DNA of 63,433 bases, filler included, from Stramenopiles sp. TOSAG23-3 (Eukaryota), in assembly GCA_900128585.1 (NCBI GenBank). It is 47 parts of 47 records of this genome, joined end to end, with 100 filler letters (N's around TTAATTAATTAA, not from the genome) between each part and the next. Parts side by side here need not be neighbours in the genome. Positions count along the whole stretch, not along the records: positions 58,162 to 59,404 come from LT646187.1; positions 59,505 to 60,747 come from LT646188.1; positions 60,848 to 62,090 come from LT646189.1; positions 62,191 to 63,433 come from LT646190.1; 43 more parts are not named here. One strand, given 5' to 3'. Both the position numbers and the translations under genes were made by a program. Under the pieces are notes generated by a model. That model made no database searches. It saw only the letters and a list, made by a program, of their open reading frames with translations, and was not told where the DNA came from. Shown one piece after another: positions 58,062 through 63,433 of the stretch (positions are counted from its first letter, which is position 1; each line of letters starts with the position of its first letter).

Positions 58062-58437
58062 NNNNNNNNNNNNNNNNNNNNNNNNNNNNNNNNNNNNNNN
58101 NNNNNTTAATTAATTAANNNNNNNNNNNNNNNNNNNNNNNNNNNNNNNNNNNNNNNNNNNNGTCGGGGGTGTGGCGGGTGAAGACAGTAAGACTACTGTG
58201 GATTTTAAACGGGACGTCTTGAAGGCCCTGTTACCAATTGCTGCCGTGGTCACATTTTTTGCAGCACTATTTCTCTTACTGTTATGGTTGGTTCAGAATG
58301 CATGAGAGGGAAACCCTACGGGACTTGTGGAATATTTTAAATATATTCAGCAAGTTACTTAATATTTAAGTAAAAAAGCACTCTAACAATATACTTCGTG
58401 TTACAAATGTAAGAATTCCTAAGACTCCCCCTCCCGC

Positions 58438-59403
58438 TTACCCGGAAGGTATAACGTACCGTAAAAATAGATCGTAGCAACACGAGCAGACCCTGGTCTC
58501 CTGCAAAAACCTGTACTTGACATCGGCCTTTTCAGACTTGTCGTTAAACTCAAACTCTGGAACATTCATCTCGAAAAATGACGTGCGAGATGATGCCGAT
58601 GGAGTCGTGCCGATCTTTATCCAAGATTTTCCGTCGTCGATACTAGCAAATATCTGAATTTTCCAAGCCATGAAAGACATAAGATTTGACGGGTCACTTT
58701 CTTTCGGCCGTTGCGTCAGGTCGATCACTTCTGCAGAATGGTTTGCAATCGCTGCCCTCTCCACAGAGGCCCTTTGCTCGAGCGAAAATTTTGCCGAAGG
58801 AATGGCGTTTTCTCCTCCACATCTTCTCCCTCCGTCGGCGGCATTGGCAAACGAGTATTCGAACCGAAGTGTTCGAGAATCTGGCAATGCGTCGGTTTCG
58901 TACATTACAAACTGCGTCTCTTCGTCGACCGCCAAAGTGAGCTTCGCCGTGGGAAGGCACCCTTTGCCGTGCCTTCCTACAGGGCCAACAAGGCTATCGC
59001 ACACGTTCAGGTGTTTTCTTTTGGGGGCTGTTTTGGCATAACGAAGGGACCATTTGTCGCAACATTCGCAAAATGAACCTTCCTGCTCAAACTGGACGCG
59101 CAGGAAAGGCACGGTTCGTAGCTCCTCCGGGAGTAGCACGTAAAATGTGGTCCACGTATGGGTAAGAGCTTCAAAAGGAATGGCGTGCAACTCCGTGAAT
59201 GATTTTCCGTCGTCGATTGAATACTTGACCAAAATTCTATATGCCTCCTCCACACTGCCCTTCCTCAGTGCATTGGCCTGGCTGCTGAAGCTAGTGAAAA
59301 CATTCTTTTCGAACGATTCTATGTGATCTCTTTCGGTTTGAACGTAAAGTGTTACCCGTTGGGGGGCAAACCTGTGGCGACTGAAAAGTCTTCCGGCTTG
59401 CCT
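58438..59403 (-). CDS. Protein with reelin-like/Asp-box modules, 5'-truncated
   Basis: Two modules: YSIDDGKSF...LRVQFEQ...CECCDKWSL and FASIDDGKSW...YRFLQ...CSCCYDLFL. Confidence 0.7.
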   Translation of the reverse strand, partial: RQAGRLFSRHRFAPQRVTLYVQTERDHIESFEKNVFTSFSSQANALRKGSVEEAYRILVKYSIDDGKSFTELHAIPFEALTHTWTTFYVLLPEELRTVPFLRVQFEQEGSFCECCDKWSLRYAKTAPKRKHLNVCDSLVGPVGRHGKGCLPTAKLTLAVDEETQFVMYETDALPDSRTLRFEYSFANAADGGRRCGGENAIPSAKFSLEQRASVERAAIANHSAEVIDLTQRPKESDPSNLMSFMAWKIQIFASIDDGKSWIKIGTTPSASSRTSFFEMNVPEFEFNDKSEKADVKYRFLQETRVCSCCYDLFLRYVIPSG

Positions 59404-59504
59404 GNNNNNNNNNNNNNNNNNNNNNNNNNNNNNNNNNNNNNNNNNNNNTTAATTAATTAANNNNNNNNNNNNNNNNNNNNNNNNNNNNNNNNNNNNNNNN
59501 NNNN

Positions 59505-60739
59505 CAGTACTTAAAATTTACATTCCCGGATCTGGCATTCAAAACCAACTTCTCTTTCCCTTCACTAAACACCACGGTCTCCTTTTCCTCGCCTACCCAA
59601 ACCAGGCACTCGCAGAAGCGTGGGCTCTTATTGCAATCAAACGTGTAGAAATCGTCCACCTTGCGATCCATCCCTTGGAACACGTGCGTCGCGTCATTCT
59701 CGTTGCACTCGCCATCGACGTTTTCAAACGACCCGGACGTTTCTGCACCGACTTGAAGCAAGGATCCCGTACTGTCTATGGTGAGATTTCCCGCAGCCTG
59801 CAGCCCGCATCCGTAATATCTACGAAACTCTTCCTTGACCACGTGGCATATGTTGCCATCGTTTACATCACTTTTACTTCCGATTTTAAGATAGTTCTTA
59901 GCCCCAAATGGGCATTTAGTATCGTTGTTCCATACTTTCGTACACTTACGGTGGTCTGCAACGTATTGTGTTGATTGAAGGTATGTTGAAACCACCCAAG
60001 CCATGCTCGCTGTGCCCATCGTTCCTCCGGCGCCTTTTGTCCCTGAACTTAAAATGTGTTTTTGATGTTCCAACGTTTCTGTTAGACGTGCAATTTTATT
60101 ACCTGATTGAGCTTTAATATCACGAAACATCTTCGCTGCCTTTTTGTCCCTAATTTTTTGAGATTTATGCTTGTTACCATCTTTTTTCTTGTATTTCTTG
60201 AGTCCACCATGAATATCTTCATTTCGAAATTGTTTTCGAGCCTCTGCATTCAAATGTACTCTCTCTTTCGCTGGTTTCACCTTCCTTTCTTCATAACGTA
60301 AAGCCCAACGTTTATCCTTATTCGCCGCCAAGACTGCCGCATGACGGTCTGCGACATTCTTTGAACGTCTCAGCCTTTCATTTATAACATTTATATTCTC
60401 ACGGTGGAGCTTAAGCTGATGTTTCTTTTTCATACGTTCGGATTTTCTGTTGCCCTTTTTCTTCAAGTTAGTTTGAGGCTCATTCGTTCTAGTCTTCTTA
60501 TTATTTTTTGAATTTTGTTTGGCAGCGAGTTTTCTTTTCTTCTTTTGTTCTTTTAAGAACACTTTCCTCGCTTTTTTTTCTTTTTTAAGGTTTATTTCAG
60601 CGTTCTTCACCGCGTCGTCCGCGTTCTTTGCTACTTCGTCCACAACCTTTGCTGCATCCACAACATCATCTGCGCTCTTCGCTACTGGAGCTTTATGATT
60701 CGTTCCGTACTTTTTGTTAAACTTATCAATTTGCGACAT
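59505..60739 (-). CDS. Hypothetical protein with Lys-rich region then Cys-rich region, partial
   Basis: >410-aa frame open across the contig. Confidence 0.7.
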
Positions 60740-60869
60740 TGGTTTTTNNNNNNNNNNNNNNNNNNNNNNNNNNNNNNNNNNNNNNNNNNNNTTAATTAAT
60801 TAANNNNNNNNNNNNNNNNNNNNNNNNNNNNNNNNNNNNNNNNNNNNTTGCCATGAGAGGCAGTCGTAG

Positions 60870-62090
60870 AAAGTCGTTTGTCAACGAAACATCTTCGTTC
60901 ACTGGGTAACGCAAAGCATCTTCGCTCTTACGGACGTTAAAGATGGAAAGTACTACTTTCAGTACATTATAGCTTTGGAATTTGTTGAAATAACCTTGCA
61001 AATGGTATCCTTCGATGCAATGGTTCGAACGAACGATATAAAGTATGTGGTCGGATCGGTGTGCATTCTTTCGGGGAACCTAGTGGTGACACCGCTCGCT
61101 TTGCATATGTCTAGGTTCGACGAGGCTTTCGGGCGGGAGGTTACGTTTGTAACGGACGCAATCCTGGAAACTTTGTACTTGTTTTTGAACTTGAACTATG
61201 TTTCCGAAAGCGATTTGCAGCAATTTTCAATATTACTGTCCGTGGCGTTTCCCGTGTGCACTTTACTTGCAAAAGTGGACACATTTATAGAATACAAAGC
61301 AATGTACTTAGTAAACAAAGCCGATCGTGACACATGGATGAAACACTTGTTCGACAAGCCTAGTAAATGGCGGTCGACTTTCATCCAAGGCAATATCTGG
61401 AATAAAATAAAATGGAAAAGAGCTTCCTGCTGCATCAGTACTGTCATGGTCCTGTCTGGTATCGGGTTCTTCGTGGTAATGATGGGCAATATTTTTGCTC
61501 TAGGCCGCAAATGCGGAAATCACTTGGGGGACAAAATATGGGATGGCGCATACCCGAGGCGAGTCTTAACAAATGGTGCTTTTGAAGCACCAGAGTGCCA
61601 CTTCGAAACCATTGAAAGCATTGAAGCCGAGGGGCAAGGAATAAATAAGTTGACAACGTACATCGGCCACTTGACCAATCTAAAGAAGATTCACTTGCCA
61701 AACAACGACATCAAGACCCTTCCCAGGGAGATGACAAAATTGACGAAGCTGACGCACGTAGACCTAAGCAACAATCGTGTCTGGACAATTTTGGAATGGG
61801 AGCGGCAAAGTTTCAGCAGATTTCCGCGTATTATCTCGCATTTTACAGATCTGCGTTGGTTGAGTTTATCGCACAATCTAATCAAAACGGTACCCGGGGC
61901 TGTTGCAAGGCTGAGCAAATTGGAAGTGCTGCTGCTTCAAAACAATTCAATAGCCCGGAAAGGTCTCTCTAAACAGATAACAACCCTTTCCAGGCTGGAG
62001 TCACTAAAACTCTCTGCCACCGAAGTCTCGTACTCGGTTTCGTCAGTCCACTCGCTCTCCTCGTCCGACATGCCCCTCTCACCCCCCGTT
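60870..62090 (+). CDS. Multi-pass membrane protein with C-terminal LRRs, partial
   Basis: Several TM helices, then LTNLKKIHLPNNDIKTLP, LTHVDLSNN, LRWLSLSHNLIKTVP, LEVLLLQNN. Confidence 0.85.
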
Positions 62091-62810
62091 NNNNNNNNNN
62101 NNNNNNNNNNNNNNNNNNNNNNNNNNNNNNNNNNTTAATTAATTAANNNNNNNNNNNNNNNNNNNNNNNNNNNNNNNNNNNNNNNNNNNNAAGTAGCAGC
62201 ACTTCAATTAGAATACGATAAAATTCCTAATATTTTTAGTAAATTTCTTTCAGGGTAATAATAAATGTATCTAGAAGAAAACGAAGAAGGATGAGAATAC
62301 ACTCCAAAGTGCGCGTTCAGTTTTCATAATTGCGAAAATAAAGAATACAGAAGAATAGTAGTTTTATAATTTTAAATGTTCCTATAATAAATAAATAATC
62401 CACATAATACTCTTCGATGTCTAAAAATAATTAAAAAACGCTCAGCTTCGTGAAATTCGTTAAAAACAAGAAAATTGGCTGTTATTTAAAGTAATTAAAT
62501 TTAGCTTCCTCATACCCTAATCCTGACTGGATTCTGTAATTTTGTTTCATTGTTGGTTGTCAATCACCGAGGGGATGATGTAATTTCCAATGAACAATTT
62601 AATGAACAATTTAATTCCTTTTGTCCGTTATCGGCCTCATCCGATATCTCACTCAGAGATAAATCAATCCTTGTACGATCGTGAAATTCGTTTACTTCAA
62701 TTTCCCCGTCCTGAAGTTTCCATTTGTGCCCAGAGCCGACAAGCAATTTTTCACACATGATCATGATCAAAAGCTATGAAAACATAAAGTCTAAGACTCT
62801 TACGAAGTAT

Positions 62811-63431
62811 TTATTTGCCTGCTTCCTTATTCAGACGTTCTCTCTTCTCTTTTTCTAAGTTGTTTTTATGGGTCTGGGTAGACATAAATATTTCTTTCCT
62901 GGTTTGCATAAAATTGACCAAGGGCCCGGTTTCGTCCCTCAACTGGGTGGGGTTAAAATTTGTTTGGATCGGGTTCAAAATGCGACGGACTAATTGCCGC
63001 TGTCGGGCCAAACGCGGGCAAGAAACGTACGCTTTTCGGGGCCCGCGACTATACTCCACAGCGACTTTGTCCGCTCTCCACCCTCTGGCCATTGCGGTCG
63101 GCATGCCAAGCACCATAGCGGCGGGTAAAGTTTGGTCAACTCTACAGTCATGACTTCGTTGGACTAGCTCAAGAGCATCTGCACATGTAATTCCATATAG
63201 TCGCCCTAAAAGGCACGCGCCGACCATCCCAGCCCGTCCGTGCCCGTGTTCGGAGAAAATGTACAGCCGCTCTCTGCGCCGTAGCCTGCGTTCAAGGTGA
63301 ACCAGGAGGTCTTGAAAGTTTTGTTCTTCTTCCATAGTGACGGGGATTCCAGGATTTTGCGTAATAATATGCACAGCAAAGCGCAAGTATTTAGTCAGCC
63401 GATTATAGGCTATTTGGTTCAATTTGAGAAC
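62811..63431 (-). CDS. Protein-tyrosine/dual-specificity phosphatase-fold protein with inactive P-loop, 5'-truncated
   Basis: LYIFSEHGHGRAGMVGACLL corresponds to YxHCxxGHGRTG with the catalytic Cys replaced by Ser; downstream SCP...QRQLVRR Q-loop-like motif. Confidence 0.75.
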   Translation of the reverse strand, partial: VLKLNQIAYNRLTKYLRFAVHIITQNPGIPVTMEEEQNFQDLLVHLERRLRRRERLYIFSEHGHGRAGMVGACLLGRLYGITCADALELVQRSHDCRVDQTLPAAMVLGMPTAMARGWRADKVAVEYSRGPRKAYVSCPRLARQRQLVRRILNPIQTNFNPTQLRDETGPLVNFMQTRKEIFMSTQTHKNNLEKEKRERLNKEAGK

Positions 63432-63433
63432 AT

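Noticed and set aside
1263-62190. Regularly spaced TTAATTAATTAA repeats resembling an array
   Set aside because: Always embedded in N44 flanks: an artificial concatenation linker, not CRISPR or biological repeats.
1-63433. Gene neighbourhoods across spacers (for example GT32 + amidase + DNase II + TylF as a cluster)
   Set aside because: Contigs are ordered by length, so adjacency carries no information.

Overview
This window is not one locus. It is about 47 short contigs (about 1.24-1.26 kb each, in descending length) joined by an artificial 100-nt spacer (N44-TTAATTAATTAA-N44), so adjacency across spacers is meaningless and most genes are truncated. The content is mostly from a microbial eukaryote. 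A heterotrophic stramenopile-like metagenome bin is plausible but is inference only. It shows GC-rich, apparently intron-poor coding regions next to very AT-rich intergenic DNA full of GAA/TTC tracts. Recognisable genes include ASPDH, a DJ-1/PfpI protein, cohesin Scc3/STAG, an SV2-like MFS transporter, the MFSD5 molybdate transporter, a Vps16-like protein, a zeta-toxin-like P-loop protein, a GT32 glycosyltransferase, an FAAH2-like amidase, DNase II, a PPPDE peptidase, a TylF methyltransferase, LRR/SH3/TPR/EF-hand proteins and a pseudophosphatase. Four contigs look like large DNA virus sequence. The most interesting signals are: (1) a 294-bp tandem zinc-ribbon array with 25 amino-acid-changing versus 2 silent variable codons, reminiscent of PRDM9/TALE recognition arrays; (2) a ~45-bp motif shared by four unrelated contigs, mostly just downstream of stop codons; (3) a MITE-like element with terminal inverted repeats; (4) a 1170-bp stop-free coding loop; (5) virus-like contigs sharing an upstream 12-mer, and one with tandem very basic proteins. 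All family assignments come from motif recognition by eye, not from database searches.
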